Origin: Eledone cirrhosa
Lineage: Eukaryota
NCBI GenBank assembly: GCA_964016885.1
Contig: OZ024741.1
Span: 412,238,001-412,302,000 of the forward strand
Length of the DNA stretch: 64,000 nt
Reading direction: 5' to 3'
The number at the start of each line of letters is the position of its first letter. The stretch's first letter is position 1. The notes under the pieces were generated by a model. The model did not search any database. It had not been told where the DNA came from and saw nothing but the letters and a program-made list of their open reading frames with translations. Positions 1-15,000 of the stretch are shown one piece after another. The position numbers and the translations under genes were made by a program.

Positions 1-3000
1 TAACGTGGATGCTATTACCTTTGTTAACTGTAACGTGGCTGCAATTATCTTAGTTAACTGTAACATGACTGCTATTACCTTAGTTAACTGTAACATGACT
101 GCTATTACCTTAGTCAACTGTAACATGACTGCTATTATCTTAGTTAACTGTAACATGACTGCTATTATCTTAGTTAAATGTAACGTGACTGCTATTATCT
201 TAGTTAAATGTAACACCACAACTATTACCTTAGTTAACTGTAACATGACTGATATTATCTTAGTTAACTGTAACATGGCTGCTATTACCTTAGTTAACTG
301 TAACATGGCTGCTATTATCTTAGTTAACTGTAACATGACTGCTATTATCTTAGTTAACTGTAACATGACTGCTATTATCTTAGTTAACTGTAACATGACT
401 GCTATTATCTTAGTTAACTGTAACTTGACTGCTATTACCTTAGTTAACTGTAACATGACTGCTATTATCTTAGTTAACTGTAACATGACTGCTATTATCT
501 TAGTTAACTGTAACATGACTGCTATAACCTTAGTTAACTGTAACATGGCTGCTATTATCTTAGTTAACTGTAACGTGGATGCTATTACCTTTGTTAACTG
601 TAACGTGGCTGCAATTATCTTAGTTAACTGTAACATGACTGCTATGACCTTAGTTAACTGTAAGATGACTGCTATTACCTTAGTTAAATGTAACATGACT
701 GCTATTATCTTAGTTAACTGTAACATGGCTGCTATTATCTTAGTTAATTGTAACATGACTGCTATTATCTTAGTTAAATGTAACATGACTGCTATTATCT
801 TAGTTAACTGTAACATGACTGCTATTACATTAGTTCACTGTAACATGACTGCTATTAACTTAGTTAACTGTAACATGGCTGCTATTATCTTAGTTAACTG
901 TAACATGACTGCTATTATCTTAGTTAAATGTAACGTGACTGCTATTATCTTAGTTAAATGTAACATCACAACTATTACCTTAGTTAACTGTAACATGACT
1001 GATATTATCTTAGTTAACTGTAACATGGCTGCTATTACCTTAGTTAACTGTAACATGACTGCTATTATCTTAGTTAACTGTAACATGGCTGCTATTATAT
1101 TAGTTAACTGTAACATGGCTGCTATTATCTTAGTTAACTGTAACATGACTGCTATTATCTTAGTTAACTGTAACATGACTGCTATTATCTTAGTTAAATG
1201 TAACATGACTGCTATTATCTTAGTTAACTGTAACATGACTGCTATTATCTTAGTTAACTGTAACATGGCTGCTATTAACTTAGTTAACTGTAGCATGGCT
1301 GCTATTAACTTAGTTAACTGTAACATGACTGCTATTATCTTAGTTAACTGTAACATGACTGCTATAACCTTAGTTAACTGTAACATGGCTGCTATTATCT
1401 TAGTTAACTGTAACGTGGATGCTATTACCTTTGTTAACTGTAACGTGGCTGCAATTATCTTAGTTAACTGTAACATGACTGCTATTACCTTAGTTACCTG
1501 TAAGATGACTGCTATTACCTTAGTTAACTGTAACATGGCTGCTATTACCTTAGTTAACTGTAACATGACTGCTATTACCTTAGTTAACTGTAACATGACT
1601 GCTATTACCTTAGTTAACTATAACATGACTGCTATTATCTTAGTTAACTGTAACATGGCTGCTATTACCTTAGTTAACTGTAACATGGCTGCTATTATCT
1701 TGGTTAACTGTAATATGACTGCTATTATCTTAGTTAACTGTAACATGACTGCTATTAACTTAGTTAACTGTAACATGGCTGCTATTATCTTGGTTAACTG
1801 TAATATGACTGCTATTATCTTAGTTTACTCTAACATGACTGCTATTATCTTAGTTAACTGTAACATGACTGCTATTAACTTAGTTAACTGTAAGATGGCT
1901 GCTATTATCTTAGTTAACTGTAACATGACTGCTATTATCTTAGTTAAATGTAACGTGACTGCTATTATCTTAGTTAAACGTAACATCACAACTATTACCT
2001 TAGTTAACTGTAACATGACTGATATTATCTTAGTTAACTGTAACATGGCTGCTATTACCTTAGTTAAAGGTAACATGGCTGCTATTATCTTAGTTAACTG
2101 TAACATGACTGCTATTATCTTAGTTAACTGTAACATGACTGCTATTATCTTAGTTAACTGTAACATGACTGCTATTATCTTAGTTAACTGTAACTTGACT
2201 GCTATTACCTTAGTTAACTGTAACATGACTGCTATTATCTTAGTTAAATGTAACATGACTGCTATTATCTTAGTTAACTGTAACATGACTGCTATTATCT
2301 TAGTTAACTGTAACATGGCTGCTATTAACTTAGTTAACTGTAACATGGCTGCTATTAACTTAGTTAACTGTAACATGACTGCTATTACCTTAGTTAACTG
2401 TAACATGACAGCTATTATCTTAGTTAAATGTAACATGACTGCTATTACCTTAGTTAACTGTAACATGGCTGCTATTATCTTAGTTAACTGTAACATGACT
2501 GCTATTATCTTAGTTAAATGTAACGTGACTGCTATTATCTTAGTTAAATGTAACATCACAACTATTACCTTAGTTAACTGTAACATGACTGCTATTATCT
2601 TAGTTAACTGTAACATGGCTGCTATTATATTAGTTAACTGTAACATGACAGCTATTACCTTAGTTAACTGTAACATGACTGCTATTACCTTAGTTAACTG
2701 TAACATGACTGCTATTACCTTAGTTAACTGTAACATGACTGCTATTACCTTAGTTAGCTATAACATGGCTGCTATTATCTTAGTTAACTGTAACATGACT
2801 GCTATTATCTTAGTTAAATGTAACGTGACTGCTAATATCTTAGTTAACTGTAACATGGCTGCTATTACCTTAGTTAACTGTAACATGACTGCTATTATCT
2901 TAGTTAACTGTAACATGGCTGCTATTATCTTAGTTAACTGTAACATGACTGCTATTATCTTAGTTAACTGTAACATGACTGCTATTAACTTAGTTAACTG

Positions 3001-6000
3001 TAACATAACTGCTATTATCTTAGTTAACTGTAACTTGACTGCTATTACCTTAGTTAACTGTAACATGACTGCTATTATCTTAGTTAAATGTAACATGACT
3101 GCTATTATCTTAGTTAACTGTAACATGACTGCTATTATCTTAGTTAACTGTAACATGGCTGCTATTAACTCAGTTAACTGTAGCATGGCTGCTATTAACT
3201 TAGTTAACTGTAAGATGACTGCTATTATCTTAGTTAACTGTAACATGACTGCTATTATCTTAGTTAACTGTAACATGACTGCTATAACCTTAGTTAACTG
3301 TAACATGGCTGCTATTATCTTAGTTAACTGTAACGTGGATGCTATTACCTTTGTTAACTGTAATGTGGCTGCAATTATCTTAGTTAACTGTAAAATGACT
3401 GCTATTACCTTAGTTAACTGTAAGATGACTGCTATTACCTTAGTTAACTGTAACATGACTGCTATTATCTTAGTTAACTGTAACATGGCTGCTATTATCT
3501 TAGTTAACTGTAACATGACTGCTATTACCTTAGTTAACTGTAACATGACTGCTATTACCTTAGTCAACTGTAACATGACTGCTATTATCTTAGTTAACTG
3601 TAACATGACTGCTATTATCTTAGTTAAATGTAACGTGACTGCTATTATCTTAGTTAAATGTAACATCACAACTATTACCTTAGTTAACTGTAACATGACT
3701 GATATTATCTTAGTTAACTGTAACATGGCTGCTATTACCTTAGTTAACTGTAACATGGCTGCTATTATCTTAGTTAACTGTAACATGACTGCTATTATCT
3801 TAGTTAACTGTAACATGACTGCTATTATCTTAGTTAACTGTAACATGACTGCTATTATCTTAGTTAACTGTAACTTGACTGCTATTATCTTAGTTAAATG
3901 TAACATGACTGCTATTATCTTAGTTAACTGTAACATGGCTGCTATTAACTTAGTTAAATGTAACATGACTGCTATTATCTTAGTTAACGGTAACATGGCT
4001 GCTATTAACTTAGTTAACTGTAACATGGCTGCTATTAACTTAGTTAACTGTAACGTGGATGCTATTACCTTTGTTAACTGTAACGTGGCTGCAATTATCT
4101 TAGTTAACTGTAACATGACTGCTATGACCTTAGTTAACTGTAAGATGACTGCTATTACCATAGTTAAATGTAACATGACTGCTATTATCTTAGTTAACTG
4201 TAACATGGCTGCTATTATATTAGTTAACTGTAACATGACTGCTATTAACTTAGTTAACTGTAACATGACTGCTATTACCTTAGTTAACTGTAACATGACT
4301 GCTATTACCTTAGTTAACTGTAACATGACAGCTATTATCTTAGTTAACTGTTACATGACTGCTATTATGTTAGTTAATTGTAACATGACTGCTATTATCT
4401 TAGTTAAACGTAACATGACTGCTATTGTCTTAGTTAACTGTAACATGACTGCTATTACCTTAGTTAACTGTAACATGACTGCTATTACCTTAGTTAACTG
4501 TAACATGACTGCTATTACCTTAGTTAACTGTAACATGACTGCTATTACCTTAGTTAACTATAACATGGCTGCTATTATCTTAGTTAACTGTAACATGACT
4601 GCTATTATCTTAGTTAAATGTAACGTGACTGCTAATATCTTAGTTAACTGTAACATGGCTGCTATTACCTTAGTTAACTGTAACATGACTGCTATTATCT
4701 TAGTTAACTGTAACATGGCTGCTATTATCTTAGTTAACTGTAACATGACTGCTATTATCTTAGTTAACTGTAACATGACTGCTATTAACTTAGTTAACTG
4801 TAACATAACTGCTATTATCTTAGTTAACTGTAACTTGACTGCTATTACCTTAGTTAACTGTAACATGACTGCTATTATCTTAGTTAAATGTAACATGACT
4901 GCTATTATCTTAGTTAACTGTAACATGACTGCTATTATCTTAGTTAACTGTAACATGGCTGCTATTAACTCAGTTAACTGTAGCATGGCTGCTATTAACT
5001 TAGTTAACTGTAAGATGACTGCTATTATCTTAGTTAACTGTAACATGACTGCTATTATCTTAGTTAACTGTAACATGACTGCTATAACCTTAGTTAACTG
5101 TAACATGGCTGCTATTATCTTAGTTAACTGTAACGTGGATGCTATTACCTTTGTTAACTGTAATGTGGCTGCAATTATCTTAGTTAACTGTAAAATGACT
5201 GCTATTACCTTAGTTAACTGTAAGATGACTGCTATTACCTTAGTTAACTGTAACATGACTGCTATTATCTTAGTTAACTGTAACATGGCTGCTATTATCT
5301 TAGTTAACTGTAACATGACTGCTATTACCTTAGTTAACTGTAACATGACTGCTATTACCTTAGTCAACTGTAACATGACTGCTATTATCTTAGTTAACTG
5401 TAACATGACTGCTATTATCTTAGTTAAATGTAACGTGACTGCTATTATCTTAGTTAAATGTAACATCACAACTATTACCTTAGTTAACTGTAACATGACT
5501 GATATTATCTTAGTTAACTGTAACATGGCTGCTATTACCTTAGTTAACTGTAACATGGCTGCTATTATCTTAGTTAACTGTAACATGACTGCTATTATCT
5601 TAGTTAACTGTAACATGACTGCTATTATCTTAGTTAACTGTAACATGACTGCTATTATCTTAGTTAACTGTAACTTGACTGCTATTATCTTAGTTAAATG
5701 TAACATGACTGCTATTATCTTAGTTAACTGTAACATGGCTGCTATTAACTTAGTTAAATGTAACATGACTGCTATTATCTTAGTTAACGGTAACATGGCT
5801 GCTATTAACTTAGTTAACTGTAACATGGCTGCTATTAACTTAGTTAACTGTAACGTGGATGCTATTACCTTTGTTAACTGTAACGTGGCTGCAATTATCT
5901 TAGTTAACTGTAACATGACTGCTATGACCTTAGTTAACTGTAAGATGACTGCTATTACCATAGTTAAATGTAACATGACTGCTATTATCTTAGTTAACTG

Positions 6001-9000
6001 TAACATGGGTGCTATTATATTAGTTAACTGTAACATGACTGCTATTAACTTAGTTAACTGTAACATGACTGCTATTACCTTAGTTAACTGTAACATGACT
6101 GCTATTACCTTAGTTAACTGTAACATGACAGCTATTATCTTAGTTAACTGTTACATGACTGCTATTATGTTAGTTAATTGTAACATGACTGCTATTATCT
6201 TAGTTAAACGTAACATGACTGCTATTGTCTTAGTTAACTGTAACATGACTGCTATTACATTAGTTAACTGTAACATGACTGCTATTAACTTAGTTAACTG
6301 TAACATGACTGCTATTAACTTAGTTAACTGTAACATGACTGCTATTACCTTAGTTAACTATAACATGACTGCTATTACCTTAGTTAACTGTAACATGACA
6401 GCTATTATCTTAGTTAACTGTTACATGACTACTATTATCTTAGTTAACTGTAACATGACAGCTATTATCTTAGTTAACTGTTACATGACTGCTATTATCT
6501 TAGTTAACTGTAACATGGCTGCTATTATCTTAGTTAATTGTAACATGACTGCTATTATCTTAGTTAAACGTAACATGACTGCTATTGTCTTAGTTAACTG
6601 TAACATGACTGCTATTACATTAGTTAACTGTAACATGACTGCTATTAACTTAGTTAACTGTAACATGACTGCTATTACCTTAGTTAACTGTAACATGACT
6701 GCTATTACCTTAGTTAACTGTAACATGACAGCTATTATCTTAGTTAACTGTTACATGACTGCTATTATCTTAGTTAACTGTAACATGACTGCTATTATCT
6801 TAGTTAAACGTAACATGACTGCTATTGTCTTAGTTAACTGTAACATGACTGCTATTACATTAGTTAACTGTAACATGACTGCTATTAACTTAGTTAACTG
6901 TAACATGGCTGCTATTATCTTAGTTAACTGTAACATGACTGCTATTATCTTAGTTAAATGTAACGTGACTGCTATTATCTTAGTTAAATGTAACATCACA
7001 ACTATTACCTTAGTTAACTGTAACATGACTGCTATTATCTTAGTTAACGGTAACATGGCTGCTATTACCTTAGTTAACTGTAACATGACTGCTATTATCT
7101 CAGTTAACTGTAACATGGCTGCTATTATATTAGTTAACTGTAACATGGCTGCTATTATCTTAGTTAACTGTAACATGACTGCTATTATCTTAGTTAACTG
7201 TAACATGGCTGCTATTATCTTAGTTAACTGTAACATGACTGCTATTACCTTAGTTAACTGTAACATGACTGCTATTACCTTAGTCAACTGTAACATGACT
7301 GCTATTATCTTAGTTAACTGTAACATGACTGCTATTATCTTAGTTAAATGTAACGTGACTGCTATTATCTTAGTTAAATGTAACATCACAACTATTACCT
7401 TAGTTAACTGTAACATGACTGATATTATCTTAGTTAACTGTAACATGGCTGCTATTACCTTAGTTAACTGTAACATGGCTGCTATTATCTTAGTTAACTG
7501 TAACATGACTGCTATTATCTTAGTTAACTGTAACATGACTGCTATTATCTTAGTTAACTGTAACATGACTGCTATTATCTTAGTTAACTGTAACTTGACT
7601 GCTATTATCTTAGTTAAATGTAACATGACTGCTATTATCTTAGTTAACTGTAACATGGCTGCTATTAACTTAGTTAAATGTAACATGACTGCTATTATCT
7701 TAGTTAACGGTAACATGGCTGCTATTAACTTAGTTAACTGTAACATGGCTGCTATTAACTTAGTTAACTGTAACGTGGATGCTATTACCTTTGTTAACTG
7801 TAACGTGGCTGCAATTATCTTAGTTAACTGTAACATGACTGCTATGACCTTAGTTAACTGTAAGATGACTGCTATTACCATAGTTAAATGTAACATGACT
7901 GCTATTATCTTAGTTAACTGTAACATGGCTGCTATTATATTAGTTAACTGTAACATGACTGCTATTAACTTAGTTAACTGTAACATGACTGCTATTACCT
8001 TAGTTAACTGTAACATGACTGCTATTACCTTAGTTAACTGTAACATGACAGCTATTATCTTAGTTAACTGTTACATGACTGCTATTATGTTAGTTAATTG
8101 TAACATGACTGCTATTATCTTAGTTAAACGTAACATGACTGCTATTGTCTTAGTTAACTGTAACATGACTGCTATTACATTAGTTAACTGTAATATGACT
8201 GCTATTAACTTAGTTAACTGTAACATGACTGCTATTAACTTAGTTAACTGTAACATGACTGCTATTACCTTAGTTAACTATAACATGACTGCTATTACCT
8301 TAGTTAACTGTAACATGACAGCTATTATCTTAGTTAACTGTTACATGACTACTATTATCTTAGTTAACTGTAACATGACAGCTATTATCTTAGTTAACTG
8401 TTACATGACTGCTATTATCTTAGTTAACTGTAACATGGCTGCTATTATCTTAGTTAATTGTAACATGACTGCTATTATCTTAGTTAAACGTAACATGACT
8501 GCTATTGTCTTAGTTAACTGTAACATGACTGCTATTACATTAGTTAACTGTAACATGACTGCTATTAACTTAGTTAACTGTAACATGACTGCTATTAACT
8601 TAGTTAACTGTAACATGACTGCTATTACCTTAGTTAACTGTAACATGACTGCTATTACCTTAGTTAACTGTAACATGACAGCTATTATCTTAGTTAACTG
8701 TTACATGACTGCTATTATCTTAGTTAACTGTAACATGACTGCTATTATCTTAGTTAAACGTAACATGACTGCTATTGTCTTAGTTAACTGTAACATGACT
8801 GCTATTACATTAGTTAACTGTAACATGACTGCTATTAACTTAGTTAACTGTAACATGGCTGCTATTATCTTAGTTAACTGTAACATGACTGCTATTATCT
8901 TAGTTAAATGTAACGTGACTGCTATTATCTTAGTTAAATGTAACATCACAACTATTACCTTCGTTAACTGTAACATGACTGATATTATCTTAGTTAACTG

Positions 9001-12000
9001 TAACATGGCTGCTATTACCTTAGTTAACTGTAACATGACTGCTATTATCTTAGTTAACTGTAACATGGCTGCTATTATATTAGTTAACTGTAACATGGCT
9101 GCTATTATCTTAGTTAACTGTAACATGACTGCTATTATCTTAGTTAACTGTAACATGACTGCTATTATCTTAGTTAACTGTAACATAACTGCTATTATCT
9201 TAGTTAACTGTAACTTGACTGCTATTATCTTAGTTAAATGTAACATGACTGCTATTATCTTAGTTAACTGTAACATGACTGCTATTATCTTAGTTAACTG
9301 TAACATGGCTGCTATTAACTTAGTTAACTGTAACGTGGCTGCAATTATCTTAGTTAACTGTAACATGGCTGCTATTAACTTAGTTAACTATAACATGGCT
9401 GCTATTAACTTAGTTAACTGTAACATGACAGCTATTATCTTAGTTAACTGTTACATGACTGCTATTATCTTAGTTAACTGTAACATGGCCGCTATTATCT
9501 TAGTTAATTGTAACATGACTGCTATTATCTTAGTTAAACGTAACATGACTGCTATTGTCTTAGTTAACTATAACATGACTGCTATTACATTAGTTAACTG
9601 TAACATGACTGCTATTAACTTAGTTAACTGTAACATGGCTGCTATTATCTTAGTTAACTGTAACATGACTGCTATTATCTTAGTTAATTGTAACGTGACT
9701 GCTATTATCTTAGTTAAATGTAACATCACAACTATTACCTTAGTTAACTGTAACATGACTGATATTATCTTAGTTAACTGTAACATGGCTGCTATTACCT
9801 TAGTTAACTGTAACATGACTGCTATTATCTTAGTTAACTGTAACATGGCTGCTATTATATTAGTTAACTGTAACATGGCTGCTATTATCTTAGTTAACTG
9901 TAACATGACTGCTATTATCTTAGTTAACTGTAACATGACTGCTATTATCTTAGTTAACTGTAACATAACTGCTATTATCTTAGTTAACTGTAACTTGACT
10001 GCTATTACCTTAGTTAACTGTAACATGACTGATATTATCTTAGTTAAATGTAACATGACTGCTATTAACTTAGTTAACTGTAACATGACTGCTATTACCT
10101 TAGTTAACTATAACATGACTGCTATTACATTAGTTAACTGTAACATGACAGCTATTATCTTAGTTAACTGTTACATGACTACTATTATCTTAGTTAACTG
10201 TAACATGACAGCTATTATCTTAGTTAACTGTTACATGACTGCTATTATCTTAGTTAACTGTAACATGGCTGCTATTATCTTAGTTAATTGTAACATGACT
10301 GCTATTATCTTAGTTAAACGTAACATGACTGCTATTGTCTTAGTTAACTGTAACATGACTGCTATTACATTAGTTAACTGTAACATGACTGCTATTAACT
10401 TAGTTAACTGTAACATGACTGCTATTAACTTAGTTAACTGTAACATGACTGCTATTACCTTAGTTAACTGTAACATGACTGCTATTACCTTAGTTAACTG
10501 TAACATGACAGCTATTATCTTAGTTAACTGTTACATGACTGCTATTATCTTAGTTAACTGTAACATGACTGCTATTATCTTAGTTAAACGTAACATGACT
10601 GCTATTGTCTTAGTTAACTGTAACATGACTGCTATTACATTAGTTAACTGTAACATGACTGCTATTAACTTAGTTAACTGTAACATGGCTGCTATTATCT
10701 TAGTTAACTGTAACATGACTGCTATTATCTTAGTTAAATGTAACGTGACTGCTATTATCTTAGTTAAATGTAACATCACAACTATTACCTTAGTTAACTG
10801 TAACATGACTGATATTATCTTAGTTAACTGTAACATGGCTGCTATTACCTTAGTTAACTGTAACATGACTGCTATTATCTTAGTTAACTGTAACATGGCT
10901 GCTATTATATTAGTTAACTGTAACATGGCTGCTATTATCTTAGTTAACTGTAACATGACTGCTATTATCTTAGTTAACTGTAACATGACTGCTATTATCT
11001 TAGTTAACTGTAACATAACTGCTATTATCTTAGTTAACTGTAACTTGACTGCTATTATCTTAGTTAAATGTAACATGACTGCTATTATCTTAGTTAACTG
11101 TAACATGACTGCTATTATCTTAGTTAACTGTAACATGGCTGCTATTAACTTAGTTAACTGTAACGTGGCTGCAATTATCTTAGTTAACTGTAACATGGCT
11201 GCTATTAACTTAGTTAACTATAACATGGCTGCTATTAACTTAGTTAACTGTAACATGACAGCTATTATCTTAGTTAACTGTTACATGACTGCTATTATCT
11301 TAGTTAACTGTAACATGGCCGCTATTATCTTAGTTAATTGTAACATGACTGCTATTATCTTAGTTAAACGTAACATGACTGCTATTGTCTTAGTTAACTA
11401 TAACATGACTGCTATTACATTAGTTAACTGTAACATGACTGCTATTAACTTAGTTAACTGTAACATGGCTGCTATTATCTTAGTTAACTGTAACATGACT
11501 GCTATTATCTTAGTTAATTGTAACGTGACTGCTATTATCTTAGTTAAATGTAACATCACAACTATTACCTTAGTTAACTGTAACATGACTGATATTATCT
11601 TAGTTAACTGTAACATGGCTGCTATTACCTTAGTTAACTGTAACATGACTGCTATTATCTTAGTTAACTGTAACATGGCTGCTATTATATTAGTTAACTG
11701 TAACATGGCTGCTATTATCTTAGTTAACTGTAACATGACTGCTATTATCTTAGTTAACTGTAACATGACTGCTATTATCTTAGTTAACTGTAACATAACT
11801 GCTATTATCTTAGTTAACTGTAACTTGACTGCTATTACCTTAGTTAACTGTAACATGACTGCTATTATCTTAGTTAAATGTAACATGACTGCTATTATCT
11901 TAGTTAACTGTAACATGACTGCTATTATCTTAGTTAACTGTAACATGACTGCTATTATCTTAGTTAACTGTAACTTGACTGCTATTAACTTAGTTAACTG

Positions 12001-15000
12001 TAACATGACTGCTATTATCTTAGTTAAATGTAACATGACTGCTATTATCTTAGTTAACTGTAACATGGCTGCTATTAACTTAGTTAACTGTAACATGGCT
12101 GCTATTAACTTAGTTAACTGTAACATGACTGCTATTATCTTAGTTAACTGTAACATGACAGCTATTATCTTAGTTAACTGTAACATGACTGCTATAACCT
12201 TAGTTAACTGTAACAGGGCTGCTATTATCTTAGTTAACTGTAACGTGGATGCTATTACCTTTGTTAACTGTAACGTGGCTGCAATTATCTTAGTTAACTG
12301 TAACATGACTGCTATGACCTTAGTTAACTGTAAGATGACTGCTATTACCTTAGTTAAATGTAACATGACTGCTATTATCTTAGTTAACTGTAACATGGCT
12401 GCTATTATATTAGTTAACTGTAACATGACTGCTATTAACTTAGTTAACTGTAACATGACTGCTATTACCTTAGTTAACTGTAACATGACTGCTATTACCT
12501 TAGTTAACTGTAACATGACAGCTATTATCTTAGTTAACTGTTACATGACTGCTATTATCTTAGTTAATTGTAACATGACTGCTATTATCTTAGTTAAACG
12601 TAACATGACTGCTATTGTCTTAGTTAACTGTAACATGACTGCTATTACATTAGTTAACTGTAACATGACTGCTATTAACTTAGTTAACTGTAACATGACT
12701 GCTATTAACTTAGTTAACTGTAACATGACTGCTATTACCTTAGTTAACTATAACATGACTGCTATTACCTTAGTTAACTGTAACATGACAGCTATTATCT
12801 TAGTTAACTGTTACATGACTGCTATTATCTTAGTTAACTGTAACATGACTGCTATTATCTTAGTTAAACGTAACATGACTGCTATTGTCTTAGTTAACTG
12901 TAACATGACTGCTATTACATTAGTTAACTGTAACATGACTGCTATTAACTTAGTTAACTGTAACATGGCTGCTATTATCTTAGTTAACTGTAACATGACT
13001 GCTATTATCTTAGTTAAATGTAACGTGACTGCTATTATCTTAGTTAAATGTAACATCACAACTATTACCTTAGTTAACTGTAACATGACTGATATTATCT
13101 TAGTTAACTGTAACATGGCTGCTATTACCTTAGTTAACTGTAACATGACTGCTATTATCTTAGTTAACTGTAACATGGCTGCTATTATATTAGTTAACTG
13201 TAACATGGCTGCTATTATCTTAGTTAACTGTAACATGACTGCTATTATCTTAGTTAACTGTAACATGACTGCTATTATCTTAGTTAACTGTAACATAACT
13301 GCTATTATCTTAGTTAACTGTAACTTGACTGCTATTATCTTAGTTAAATGTAACATGACTGCTATTATCTTAGTTAACTGTAACATGACTGCTATTATCT
13401 TAGTTAACTGTAACATGGCTGCTATTAACTTAGTTAACTGTAACGTGGCTGCAATTATCTTAGTTAACTGTAACATGGCTGCTATTAACTTAGTTAACTA
13501 TAACATGGCTGCTATTAACTTAGTTAACTGTAACATGACAGCTATTATCTTAGTTAACTGTTACATGACTGCTATTATCTTAGTTAACTGTAACATGGCC
13601 GCTATTATCTTAGTTAATTGTAACATGACTGCTATTATCTTAGTTAAACGTAACATGACTGCTATTGTCTTAGTTAACTATAACATGACTGCTATTACAT
13701 TAGTTAACTGTAACATGACTGCTATTAACTTAGTTAACTGTAACATGGCTGCTATTATCTTAGTTAACTGTAACATGACTGCTATTATCTTAGTTAATTG
13801 TAACGTGACTGCTATTATCTTAGTTAAATGTAACATCACAACTATTACCTTAGTTAACTGTAACATGACTGATATTATCTTAGTTAACTGTAACATGGCT
13901 GCTATTACCTTAGTTAACTGTAACATGACTGCTATTATCTTAGTTAACTGTAACATGGCTGCTATTATATTAGTTAACTGTAACATGGCTGCTATTATCT
14001 TAGTTAACTGTAACATGACTGCTATTATCTTAGTTAACTGTAACATGACTGCTATTATCTTAGTTAACTGTAACATAACTGCTATTATCTTAGTTAACTG
14101 TAACTTGACTGCTATTACCTTAGTTAACTGTAACATGACTGATATTATCTTAGTTAAATGTAACATGACTGCTATTAACTTAGTTAACTGTAACATGACT
14201 GCTATTACCTTAGTTAACTATAACATGACTGCTATTACATTAGTTAACTGTAACATGACAGCTATTATCTTAGTTAACTGTTACATGACTACTATTATCT
14301 TAGTTAACTGTAACATGACAGCTATTATCTTAGTTAACTGTTACATGACTGCTATTATCTTAGTTAACTGTAACATGGCTGCTATTATCTTAGTTAATTG
14401 TAACATGACTGCTATTATCTTAGTTAAACGTAACATGACTGCTATTGTCTTAGTTAACTGTAACATGACTGCTATTACATTAGTTAACTGTAACATGACT
14501 GCTATTAACTTAGTTAACTGTAACATGACTGCTATTAACTTAGTTAACTGTAACATGACTGCTATTACCTTAGTTAACTGTAACATGACTGCTATTACCT
14601 TAGTTAACTGTAACATGACAGCTATTATCTTAGTTAACTGTTACATGACAGCTATTATCTTAGTTAACTGTAACATGACTGCTATTATCTTAGTTAAACG
14701 TAACATGACTGCTATTGTCTTAGTTAACTGTAACATGACTGCTATTACATTAGTTAACTGTAACATGACTGCTATTAACTTAGTTAACTGTAACATGGCT
14801 GCTATTATCTTAGTTAACTGTAACATGACTGCTATTATCTTAGTTAAATGTAACGTGACTGCTATTATCTTAGTTAAATGTAACATCACAACTATTACCT
14901 TAGTTAACTGTAACATGACTGATATTATCTTAGTTAACTGTAACATGGCTGCTATTACCTTAGTTAACTGTAACATGACTGCTATTATCTTAGTTAACTG